From Gordius albopunctatus (Eukaryota), in contig OZ193910.1 of NCBI GenBank assembly GCA_964276515.1, positions 1 through 64,000 on the forward strand: 64,000 nt of DNA, in the 5' to 3' direction. Shown in pieces: positions 42,516 through 54,560 of the stretch; the first letter of the stretch is position 1; each line of letters opens with the position of its first letter. The notes under the pieces are model-generated. The model had not been told where the DNA came from, did no database searches, and was given only the letters and a program-made list of their open reading frames with translations. Made by a program: the position numbers and the translations under genes.

Positions 42516-43059
42516 GTAAGTTTAGATTATTTGACACTGATTATATAACCAGTTTTAGGTTTTTGAAATGAAAGTTGTCTCCAGCGAAATTTGTCTTCTA
42601 TTATTATGTATTTGCATTTGTAAATATTTGTGATTACATTCAAATAAAAATTTTATATTTTACCTTTATAAAGTTTAAGATTGATAACTCTCAATAAAAT
42701 TTCCAAAAAAATACATTATAAACATGGGCATATTACAATTTAAGGAGAGAAAGGCAGAGCATTTTGGAATGAAATATAGGTCATTACTTTTCATAGCTTT
42801 TCTAATTTGTCATTTATTTATTTGAAGGGAAAAAAGGGAGGACTTAAAGGGAAAAAATTCAAGACACTAAGATACATTTTAACTGATAAAAATTTAACAA
42901 TCAGGTCTCCAAATCTGTTTAACTCGCCAAAATAAAAAAACTATTTTAATTTAGAAAAACTCGATTTAACTTTATTTTTGAAAATATTTTTGTATTATTA
43001 AACTTACAAAATTCTTATAAATCATACAGCTTAAAAATTTAAAATAATCCAAACTTTTA

Positions 43060-43940
43060 TTTTAATTGTTTAGTCTCATCAAGGTTTTTTTTATTCCACG
43101 TATGTTAATCTCTGAACCCCTATGCCCAACTTGTAAGCGACGAATATGCCTTGATAAACACAATTGTTTCTGGATTCATGGCCCAGTGTCTTCAAGATGC
43201 CCTTCTTCAGGCAAATTACCTCCACCCTGCTTACCAATTCCACCCATGGAGGCTCCCCTATTGCCAATCCCTAGCCCCGTCATCCCCCCATCCTTACAAT
43301 GCTCCCCATTAATTAATCAACCGCCTGACTCATTTTGGAGCAATTCTTTTTTAACAAATCAGTTTCCTAATACTATCTCTGGTATTCCAAGAGGAGTCAG
43401 AGCTTCCATCCAACAATCTCTGCTAAATATATTCACATCTATTATCAAAAACCTTTATAACTTAACTAATTGGGAAAACTTTTTAAATTCCCATATTATA
43501 TCTTTTATGTTAGGGAACCTAATAAACATAATTTATCAAATCTTATCAAGGAATCCCTTCTTTTAATACTGATGATCCCATTACTTGCACAAGTAAAACA
43601 AAACCCTTTCCACTGGACAATTAACCAAACAGCCAAGCACATTTCAAATAAAATCCATAATTTCAACCCAAAAAGTGCCCTTACAGCTTTTTATGATAAC
43701 AACTCAATTGCCCCTTGTTGCCCTGACTCTTATAGGGAGCTTAATCGAAAACACCCAGCAGCATCATCAGCCAGTAAATACCCCACATCTCCATCATCAA
43801 TAGTGCTCGAGTCTTCAGACATCCGTGAAGCCCTTAACTCCTTTCCTTTGGACTCCGCAGCCGGACTCGACGGATGGCGCCCAGTATATCTACAAGATTT
43901 ACTCAACTTAATACAAAGTTTTTTATTCTCCAAATAAAAT
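43060..43940 (+). mobile_element. 5' fragment of a CRE-like non-LTR element
   Basis: CPTCKRRICL...HGP...CPSSG zinc finger and the pre-RT motif LN.KHP...ALNSFP..SAAGLDGWRP. Confidence 0.8.
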
Positions 43941-44239
43941 TAACCGAATGCTTTTTAATTGCTATGGTATCAGCAACTATTTTTGAACCTTAATGTTATA
44001 TTTCCTTATCCAACCCAACCTTAAAGTTTAAATTTTTTGTCTAAAATGTATATTTTAACCAAAAACAAGTTACATCTATGAGCAGTACAAAAAATACATA
44101 TTGGTAAAATATAATAACTATACCATTAATGTCTAAAAGAGAGGTTTTAAGTTGTATGGTACAATAAGACTTTTTAATTGCTGCCTGAGTAAGATGGGAG
44201 TGGAAATTTTAGATTTCGGTTAACATTTTCCGATTTATT

Positions 44240-45620
44240 AATAAAACATGGCCTATTTATCGAGGGAATCGGAGCATGAAGCAAAAACAAAGATGGAGAT
44301 AATGATACCAAAAGGGTGTAATCTCTTGTCTTTTATGCCCTTTTGCTGTGCTAATAGGGGCGTAAATGAGAAGAAGCAAATACGTCAATCGAAGTAAAAT
44401 CCTATTTGAGGGATAGTTCATTTTGCTAGTGGAATGAAAAAGGGTTGTTAGGGCGCATCCTACCTTCCAGCAAAGGATTCGAAGTCTCAAGGTTCGAAGT
44501 TTTTGCCATTTTAAGGCCAGTTTAGATTAAAAATTTGCTTTGTTGTGCCTATCATATTTAAATTTGTTTGCAAGACAGTGTAGAGGGTGCCTGGCCTGGC
44601 ATATTCGTCTACTAGAAGAGTAAGAACTTCGACAAGAAAATTTTAGTGTAACAAATTAAGTTTAAAAATTAAACCTTCGACAGGTTTAAAAGAGGATATA
44701 AAAGCAGCTAGCGATATTACTGCTAGGGGGACGAATTCCCATTTCTCCTGATTTCGCTAGTAAGGTAGCTTAAATTCAGTTGTTGGTATTAAATTTTAGT
44801 TTAAAATTTTCTAGAATAAAAGTTTTGATAGTCTTTATACGACTTTAAAACGTCTGGGTGTAAAAATACACCTGATGAGCAGAAACAATGATTAATTCTT
44901 GAAATGGTAAAATAGTTTTTTATTTTGTAAAAAGAGTGATGTGCGAGCAGGCACTTTAAGAGTTACCTTTTAGATTATAAATTTCGAAATTTTATGAAGA
45001 AATTTATAAGATATTTTTATAGCCATGACCCATGGGTAATCACAAAAGGGATAATTTTTTCTTTCTATAATTAACAAAGTTTTTAAAAAAGAAAAGTAGA
45101 TTGTATTTGTGACCTGAAAATTTTTACAAACTGCAGTTTAATTAAAAATTAAGATGGCTGGCTGCCTAACAGCTGCATTTAAATGCAAAGCTGATTTGAT
45201 CAGAGCTGAGCTAGACGGATAAGCAGGGTTATATGATTTTTGCACAGCATTTAAGATATAATTGGGCAATAAAGACTTGAGATGTCAATGTGTCTCGCTT
45301 TTTGATGGCGATAAATTTCGCACCTAATAAAAAAAGGATGAATTCTTGAAAAAATCCTTCACAGATGGAATTCAAAAGTTCCATTTTTAAATTATTTTAA
45401 TTTATTTGAATGTATTATGGGCGCCATTGGTGAAGTCCGCCTGCGGAGTTTAAATAAAAGAGTTATGGGCTTCACCGATGTCTGAAAACTCAAAAATGAT
45501 AGAGATGTAGGCCCAAAAAAATGAGTTAAGGTTTCATGAATGTCTTAAGACCCAAGCACTATAGATGATAGATGTAGGGTATTTACTGGCTGAGGATGCG
45601 TTTGATGTTATGCATAGTTT
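44240..45620 (-). mobile_element. Degenerate CRE-like RT fragment
   Basis: Reverse-complement similarity to 43750-43900 (SAGGL...WRP) and to 13600-13950. Confidence 0.65.
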
Positions 45621-48439
45621 CAGAAGATACCAAGGTCAGATCAGCTGTATCATTTATTTTTCCTTTTTAAGGATATATCGCAACCAAGGCACTCTTAGCG
45701 TCTATTTGCCTCATTTTCTCTCACTGCACTATTTGCACCTTCTTCACAAGTTTGACTTGATCGGGATCTTCATGTTTGGCTCGCTTAACCAATCTGCACA
45801 CCATTTATTTCTCCTCCTCGTCTTTACGCCTTTTAGCCATTAAATCTATTTCCTCTAAACACAAATGGAGCTTTAACATCTGATACCATCTTATATTCAG
45901 GTCCCATTTTGTGAGAATCTTTCCGTTGTTCTGCGACCAAAGATTTTGAAAGAATAACCTTCAGCTCAAAGGCATGGCACAAAAAGCCATAAACTTAAGA
46001 ACTAACTTTTGATATTCCTCTTTATTGAATCATGGTCAATTTTGCTGTGGGAAGGGAAAGTTTCGTCTTGGCATGAAACAATTCAATCAAATTTTGAAAA
46101 GCAGCAAAAATACGTTGCTCTTCTTTCAATTGATTGACTCCAGCTGCGCCTTCCCATTTTTGATGTGTCGTGATCTCTCAGGAGCGAAGATGGAGGTCCC
46201 AACAGGAACCCGTTTCCGTTGACGCTAATATCGCTGCGTTTATCGGATTGTAAAGTTAAACCACCTTCCACATGACGGGGTAATTGATGGCTAACTTTAT
46301 TCGACCCAATAACTGCGGAGGTGTCAAAATAACTTTGGGTTGCATGGCTATTAGGTCGAAGATTGAAGTGGTCTTTTGTTAATAATTAGCCATTTTTAGT
46401 CTGTCCACAGTCATCAAAGGCTCGATGGTGAATTAAGATAGTTGAATCGATTGACTGCAGGAGTGGCATTTCCCTGACCTTGCTCACAATACTTCGTTGT
46501 TCTTTATTAAGCTCGTTTTTTTGCTTTAAAATTTAAATTATAAAGTGGTATAACTTAATAGATTGTGCATTTAGATTATTCAAATCTTTGTGCTTAATTT
46601 GAGTCTTTTCCGTCTATTTTTTACCATATCTTTATTAACCATTGAGAGAATAGACAAAATTTAGGCTAGGCTATTTTTTATTTGTTCAAATAAAAAGTAA
46701 AGGATTAATAATAATTTTTATTATATTCGGTTAACACTCTTATTTAGAAAAAATAACTGATTCATTAAAACACAAAATTTGAAGCTTCAAAAATCATCAA
46801 TCTTGAACGATGTATATTTTTTGCAAAATCGTCATCAATTTTATGCTAAAAACTTTATATTATAGTTATTTCTTATTTATAATCTATAATTCATCAGGTG
46901 AGCTATTGTTGAATTCTTTATATGAATGCCGGCAAAGATTAAACTGTCTATCCTTTACTTCTTTATATGGCGCATAAATTTTTTAAATCAATTAATTTGC
47001 ATTTTTTACAAGTCCTATTACGAAACTTAAGCATCCAAGACAAAAAAATTATTCGTTAGCCTAAGAGGTCATATGACCCAGGCGGTTCTAAATTTTTCCA
47101 AAATTTAATTACTACAACAATCCGTTGTAACTTTTTGTCAAGCTATTTACAAATTATGCTCACCTAGTATTTTTATGATAAATAAAGTTTTGGGTCATAT
47201 TGTTTTTTAAAAAGAAGCAATGGAAAAAGGAGGATATTTTAGTAGTTCTCCTCCCTAAGAAATATCAAATTTTAGTCGAAGCTTTCTCATTTTCAACGGT
47301 GTCTAGTTAATTCCCTTGTTTAAAGTATTGTATTTCAGTAAGATTCTTTAAGCTAGTTCCCTTAATCAACTTTGCAAACATTTATCGACTTAAAAATTAA
47401 ATTTGCATACATTAAACCCATAGATTTTTAAAATAGAATTCATTACCTTTTAAATTAAGATACTATATATAATAAAACTTTATCCTTATGTTTATGTGGT
47501 CTATATCATCAAGTTATGGGATACAATACGACTTGCGTTTTCAGTGTTAAAATTGATTTAAATGAACTGATCTCGTATACGAAGCAAGAACAAATCACCT
47601 GGTACGACCTTTCAAAAAATGTTGAAAATCAAGTAAGTAGATTTGTTTACTATTTCAATTAATTGCACGTGTTATAAATTCCTAATAAAGTAGGTTTAGA
47701 TATGCTGATTCCTATGTTTTTAATTGCTATGCAATTTATGGGCTCGATTTCGGTGATATGTGTCCCTTCAAGTAGCGCCCCGTCCTCTGCAGTCCTCTCT
47801 TTAACTCCACTTACGGAGGGTTTATTATGGTTAAGACTTAAGGAGATAGTAAAAAACTTATGCTAATGGATAAGACGCTTGGCTCCCCCATATGATTCGC
47901 TACATACCGCTAGTTGCCTTAAATTTTTCCACCTCGCCGGAGTCGAAATTCCAATTTAATTTTTAAGCCCCCCCCCCCCCCAACTTATTCTTTCAAAAAA
48001 GTGGCAATATGTCTAGATTATTGTGTTATAACAGATAATTGCACAATTCGCTATATAATTCCCTACGAATTTATAATGACCGTTGCTTACATAAAAGTTT
48101 CCCGATCCGGACACCAGGCCAAGATCCAACTTTATTTTATTTTTGCCAATTACATTGTAAATAACTTTTGAATCTCGTCCAACATTTAATTTGTCTGACT
48201 CTAGACAGAGGCTAGATTCTATATTTATTATTGGGCCCGCAGCTTTTGGACATTTTGATACCAATGCAGCATATAAAATAATTTCCCTTAAAAAATAAAA
48301 TGCTGATTTTACTTCCGAAGACCAACCATCATTTTGTCTGAGCCTCACTTGATTATTAGTTTAATGACTGTTCCCGGGCCAAGGACCAATTTTTCTTTTT
48401 TATAACCTCAAATTATTCTCTTGCTAAGCTGTAACAAAA

Positions 48440-49915
48440 ATACTTGCAAGTGGAATGATGGCTGGTGAGTGGAGGGAGTCCTATGTTAAACCAATCTATA
48501 AAATGAAGGGAGATGTACAAGAATCCAATAATTATTGGGGCATAAAGTTAACAAGTCACTTAAAGAAGGTGTGGAAATAGGTTCTAGAAGCTAGATTTAA
48601 AAAATAATCTCAATAGATGACGAAAATATAGGTTAATGCCTGGAAAGTCAACTTTATGTGCAATATTGTCTCAGGGAACTTATAGAGCTTTATAGGGAAA
48701 AACAAAAGGATCTTCAAATGGGTTTCATCTTTAGAAAGCTTTCGATAAAGTGTCAAGGCAGTTGATACAGGATAGCCTGACAGTGTACCCGACGCTTATA
48801 TAATGTTAATAAAAGATATGTATAGAAACGCAAATACCAAAGTATGGACATCCAGTGGTATTAAATGAATTCAGTCTAAATGTCAGTGTGCATTTGGAAT
48901 TAGCACAGCAGATAAAAGTGCGGATGGATCGAATTGAAAGCAATAACCTTATGGTCAATCGAGATCGGGAAGTGAATACAAAGAAACAGACCTGCAAATT
49001 GATAAAATTAAATGGTTCCGGCTACTAAAATTGAAAGTTATTTACAATGATCAAATAATTGAACGGCTGCAAATAGATGATCAGCATAATACTAACGATA
49101 TGTGGAATAACATAGCTAACACGGTACGAGCGAGATGCGTTCTAGAAGAAGGTAAACCAGGTATAAAAAAGATAAGTACATATGGTGGTGGAACGAAGAC
49201 GTTTTACGCCTAGTCAAGTTGAAATCAAAGCTTTACAAATTATGGACAGGCTACGTAAATGAACAAACACGATTGGAATATGTGAAAGCTAAAAACAAAG
49301 TAAAACGTTGTATAGCTAGTCGGGAAGTGAATAAAAAAAACACCTGTAAATGATAACTGGTGTTCAAGTAGTAGGAATGATTTTAAATATCTTGGTTCTA
49401 ATCTAAGGTAAAATGTGATGGGGTGTGAAAAGTGAAATTAAAACGACAGGCTGGCTAAAGTTCATGTAGTTGAGTGTCGTACTATGTGTCAATCACACAC
49501 CATTTAAAATAAAAGGACGGTTATATAACACCGTTATTGTGCCCCCTGTATTGTATGGAGCGGACATGGGCAATTAAGGCAAATGAAGAACAAAGTTTGG
49601 CAAAAATGGAGATGCGAATGCTAAGATGGATCTTGGGAATTAGCAAGAATGACCTTATAAGGAATTAAGACATAAGGGATAAACTAAATGCAGTTCCGAT
49701 TCAAAGAAAGTTGGTCATATGAAGATTGAGATGGTATAGCCATTTGGATAGACAGGACGAAAGTCACCTGGCAAATCTTATCAAGAAAGTGCAAGTCGAA
49801 GGTAAGCGAAAGAGAGGGAGGCCTAACATAAGATTGATATGTGAGCAGGTACGAACTAAAGCTAAGCTGGTTTAAGTGTATACGTGGAGAAACTACTTGA
49901 AGGAGCTGACCACTA
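48440..49915 (+). mobile_element. Old, rearranged RTE-clade LINE of a second family
   Basis: Remnants W..S...PIYK.KGDVQE..NYWGIKL, EMRMLRWILG, RLRWYSH and GKRKRGRP, with many stops. Confidence 0.8.
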
Positions 49916-50129
49916 AGTGTGACAAACAGCTATGGGGAAATATTAACACGCTATTGATCCTTTAACTGCAATCGTTTAATAATTTCATCGATATAAATAT
50001 CTTTCAAGTTTGGTAGCTGGAACCATTATATTTTCCCATTAAGTCTCTTTAGCTTTTGTGTTTTGGCTTACAGATGGCATATTCCATCACAACATGTTTG
50101 TGTTATGCTACAATAGCCTCACCAAGTAT

Positions 50130-50570
50130 AACCTTACAATCCATTCGTACGAGCTTAAAATGTCTGGTTGTAAATATGCACCAGATGAGCCGAAACAATG
50201 ATCAATTTTTGAAATTTTGAAATAGTTTTTAATTATGTAAAAAGATTGATGTGCGGGCAAGCATTTTAAAATTTCCGTTTTAGATTTTAAAATTTCGAGG
50301 TTCTTATTAGAAAACTTTAAAGAGATTTTTCACCGCCAATGGGTAATCCGAAAAGAGATAAGTTTTTTCTCTCTAATAAAATTTTTTTAAAAAAATCGGA
50401 AAGTCAATTGTGTTGGGGGCCTGAAAGATTTTAGATTTTTCCAAATTTAAATTGAGATTTAGAGTGGGTTCAAATTTTTCGATAATTATAATGGCTCTAC
50501 TAATCTCTTCCGGTCGGCCACATAGGGTGGCGTCGTCGAGATACCAAACTATTATTCCCAAGTTAAATTT
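50130..50570 (-). mobile_element. CRE-like RT fragment
   Basis: IVWYLDDATLCG...LNLNLEKS; similar to 44830-45120. Confidence 0.75.
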
Positions 50571-51819
50571 TACTCATTCCTTTATATAACGATTATTAGG
50601 GATGTTGATTAATAAATGTAAGCTATAAAAGCACGGCAATGCTTCCTCATAAATCGTTTCAATTGGTTGTAGAGCCCCGGACGCATAAACTATTAACTTT
50701 CATTCTCATTGTTAAAGTTTTGCATCAAGCCTCTGAGGCGTTCATTACAGCCCCTACTTTTTTAACCCTAATTTTATCTATGCTAGCGCCAATGCTGTAA
50801 ATAAGTTTTTATCCCCCATTCGTTTATTGTATTTCCTGGCCTTCCCTAAATGCCATGTTTATCTTTAATTATTTTTCAAGGGCAATTCTTTTTAAAATCT
50901 TGTGAAATATTAATAAGAATTAATCCTTAAAATGAATGACTTCACGACGTTCTTGGTTATTAGTTGTTTCCACTCTCACATACCGGACTTAATTTCAGTA
51001 TGCCTTCCTTGCTATTTCTAAAACTTTAATTATATTATTAGCTCGGAAATTAATTTTGGTGGTGGACATAAAATTCATTTTTGCAGCGGTGCGTTTTTTT
51101 TCTTCGGTATCTCCTGCCACCAATATATAGACGATGTACGCTGCCACCCTCTAATCCTTCCAGGATTTGCTACATAATCTTTTATAAGATGGCAGCAGAG
51201 TAGTTAAGTCCGAAATGCATGGGCTTGACCTTAGTTATTCCTTTGTGTAGTGAATTTATAGGACACCGGCTCATTCATCGACATACCTTAAGTTGCATGT
51301 AGGCTTTAGCGAAATCTATTTTTTCAAACCAAAATTGTAAGACGAGTAAAATATAATAGATCATCGAGTTTTAAAACAATACTCGATTCATGGAAATATT
51401 TATTAATTGTAAAGCGATTTCTTAAAAAAATAAAAATACACAAAAAATTAAAGTGTACTTTTATTCACTTGCGGGGGGGGGGCAAAAATTGATTCTGCAA
51501 AAAAATGGGGTTTGTAAAGAATAAGAGGTAAACACAAATGGTATTTAATTTAGGCTTATGATTTAATATTTTTTTTACCCACAATTAAAAAAATTATAAT
51601 GATATTAATTGCTATGCAATTTATGGGCTCACTTTATATTTGTTTTAATTGCTATGCAATTTATGGGCTCGCTTTCCATTTTCCGAATGTCTTGTCACGC
51701 ACCGAATGTCACGCACCGAATGTCACGCACCGAATGTCTTGTTTAACTAGTTTTTGGGTTCGAAACCCGTGGATTTCTTTGACTATTATGATTGTTCCTG
51801 TTACTACCAATGCTTTTAA

Positions 51820-54560
51820 ACCTTTTTGGCGGTCCGCTGGCTGCTGACCGATGGAAAAAATGACTATTGCCCAAAATGTGAATCGAAATTATTTTTTTCG
51901 TTTTTTTTGGCTAACATTGACAATTACCCTATGCCCTCCCCTAACAGAGCCTATGCCTCTACTGATATGGGTCCCTGTGCCCCCCCCCTACATTATGCCT
52001 ATCCAGATCTGTGGTTCGATTTCCGTAGAGGCCAAAAAATTTAAAAAAATTTTTTTTATTTTTTTACCATTGATAATGTGACTTTTTGGCCGTCCGCTAG
52101 CTACTGACCACTGGAAAAAAATGACCATTGGCCAAAGTGTGAATCGAAATTTTTTTTCCGGTTTTTTTGACTCTTATGATTGTTCCTGTTAATAACATTG
52201 ATAATATGGCGTTTTGGTCCTCCGCTTGCTACTAACCAATGAAAAAAATGACCATTGGCCAAAGTGAACATCAAAAAATTTTTTTTCGTTTTTTTGGCTA
52301 ACATTGACTTATAGAGTATCTGTTGGTACTGACCAATGGAAAAAAATGATCATTGGCCAAAGTGTGGATCGAAATTTTTTGTTCGTTTGTTTTTGACTCG
52401 TATGTATTTATAGCCCGTCTCTTGGTACTGACCAATGGAAAAAATGACCATTGGCTAAATTGTGATTTAAAATTTTTTTTTCGTTTTTTTTGACTCGTAT
52501 GTATTTATAGATAGTCTCTCGGTACGGATCAATGGAAAAAAATGACCATTCGCCAAATTGTGATTCGAAATTTTTTTTTCGTTTTTTTGACTAGCATGTA
52601 TTTATAAACCGTCTCTTGGTAGTGACCAATGAAAAAGAATGAACATTGGCCATATTGCTTAAGTAAAGGCTAAAATTTCAAAATGCTCCTCCCAAAATAA
52701 TTATTTTCGTTTTTGAATAGATTAACGTTGATAATTACCCTATGCCCTCCCCTACAAGTGCCTATTTTTAGATTAAATTAATATTTTGTTCTTGTTGATA
52801 TTTGTTAAATTTTCTATAATATATTGATTTTCTATTATTGTTTCATTTTATTATATAATAAACATAAATAAAACACATCTTTATTATTTCATTATCTATA
52901 TAAATAACATAAAAACTTCTTTTATTTTAAATGGTAGCTTGGTAAGAGTGGTTATAGCAACGGCTTACTGACTTGGAGGTTGGGAATCGAGACCCGGAGA
53001 AACCATAATTTTTTTTTTAATTAAATTAATATTATGTTCTTGTTAATACCATGGATAATATGACTTTCTGACCTTCCGCTGGCTACTGACCAATTAAAAA
53101 AATGACCATTGTTCAAATAAATCGAAATTTTTCGTTTTTGAATAGGTTAACATTGATAAATTGCCCTATGCTCTCCCCTACAAGTGCCTATGCTTCTACT
53201 GATATGGGTCCCTGTGCTCCTACAAAGGCTTATGCATCTATTTAATGTGGTTTCGAATTCCGGCGAGGGCAATTTTTTTTTAATTAGATGGAAAATTTGT
53301 AGAAACATTTTGCATATAACGACCATAAATTGCATAGCAAATATGTTACGTTTATACGGAGTATAGATGAGTCGTCCCCCCTTCCCTTCCCCCCTTCCCT
53401 TCTCCCCTCCCCCTTCCCACGAGGGCCGAAGGCCCGAGTATGTCTTGCTACCGAATGTCTTGTCACGCTGTTTACTTTCATTATTAATTGCTATTATTAA
53501 TTTAACTAGTTTTTGGGTTCGAATCCCGGGTTTTTTTGACTCTTATGATTGTTCTTGTTACTACCATTGATAATAAGACTTTTTGGCCGTCCGTTGGATT
53601 TTGACCGATGAAAAAAATGACCATTGGCCAAAATGTGAGTCCAAGTTTTTTTTCGCTTTTTTTACTATTATGATTGTTCCTGTTACTATCAATGCTATTA
53701 TGACTTTTTGGCCGTCCGCTGACTGCTGACCGATGGAAAAATGACCATTGGCCAAATAAATCGAAATTATTTTTTCGTTGAATTGGGTAATAACATTGAT
53801 AATTACCCTATGCCCTCCACTATAAGGGCCTATGCCTCTACTGATATGGGTCCTTGTGCCCCTACAAAAGCCTATGCCTCTATTAATGTTGGATCGAATC
53901 CCGGCGAACGTTCTGAATTGCTTGTTGGAATCCCGGAGAGGCAAAATTTTTATTTTTTTTTAAATAAAATTAATATTTTGTTCTTGTTAATACCATTGAT
54001 AATATGAATTTTTGACCGTGCCCTGGCTACTGACCGATGATAAAAATGACCATTGGCCAAAATGTGAATCGAATTTTTTTTTTTTTTGAATTGGTTAACA
54101 TTGATAATTACCCTATGCCACCTGATATGGGTCCCTGTGCCCCTACAAAAGCCTATGGCTCTATTAATGTGGGTTCGAATCCCGCCTAACGTTCTGAATT
54201 GCTATTTCGAATCCCGGAGAAGCAAAATTTTTATTTTTTTTAATTAAATTAATTTATTGTTCTTGTTAATACCATTGATAATATGACTTTCTGACCGTGT
54301 TCTGGCTACTGACCAATGAAAAAAATGACCATTGGCCAAAATGTGAATCGAAAGTTTTTTTTCATTTTTTTTGACTCGTGTGTATTTATAGAACGTCTCT
54401 TGGTACTGACCAATGGAAAAAAATAACCATTGGCCAAACTGTGATTCGAAATTTTTTTTCGTTTTTTTGACTCGTATGTATTTATAGACCGTCTCTTGTT
54501 ACTTACCGATAAAAAAATGACCATTGGCCATATTATTTTTAAGTGAAGGCTAAAATTTCA
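51820..54560. repeat. Complex tandem array of ~97-130-bp hairpin units interleaved with tRNA B-box modules
   Basis: Recurrent TGACCAATGGAAAAAATGACCATTGGCCAAA.TGTGAATCGAAA units and CCTATGCCTCTA...GGGTTCGAATCCCGG modules. The same units occur at 29200-29620 and 58650-58860. Confidence 0.9.
52933..53005 (+). pseudogene. tRNA-derived (tRNA-like) sequence
   Basis: 73 nt with an A-box-like TGGTAAGAGTGG, a degenerate T-arm GGGAATCGAGACCC, a partial acceptor stem GGT..CT/AG..ACC, and a downstream T-run. Confidence 0.55.

Noticed and set aside
44868..44890. Hammerhead-like CTGATGAG...GAAAC (similar at ~50181)
   Set aside because: There is no stem II or flanking stems; it is the antisense of CRE-like RT coding sequence.
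45620..46510. Coding-looking, higher-GC segment
   Set aside because: No open frame or motif could be assigned; probably a decayed TE.
52933..53005. Functional tRNA gene
   Set aside because: The acceptor and anticodon stems have multiple mismatches and the T-loop is altered; kept only as tRNA-derived.
51820..54560. CRISPR array (palindromic repeats at regular spacing)
   Set aside because: The intervening sequences are homologous to each other rather than unique spacers, the context is eukaryotic, and there are no cas genes.
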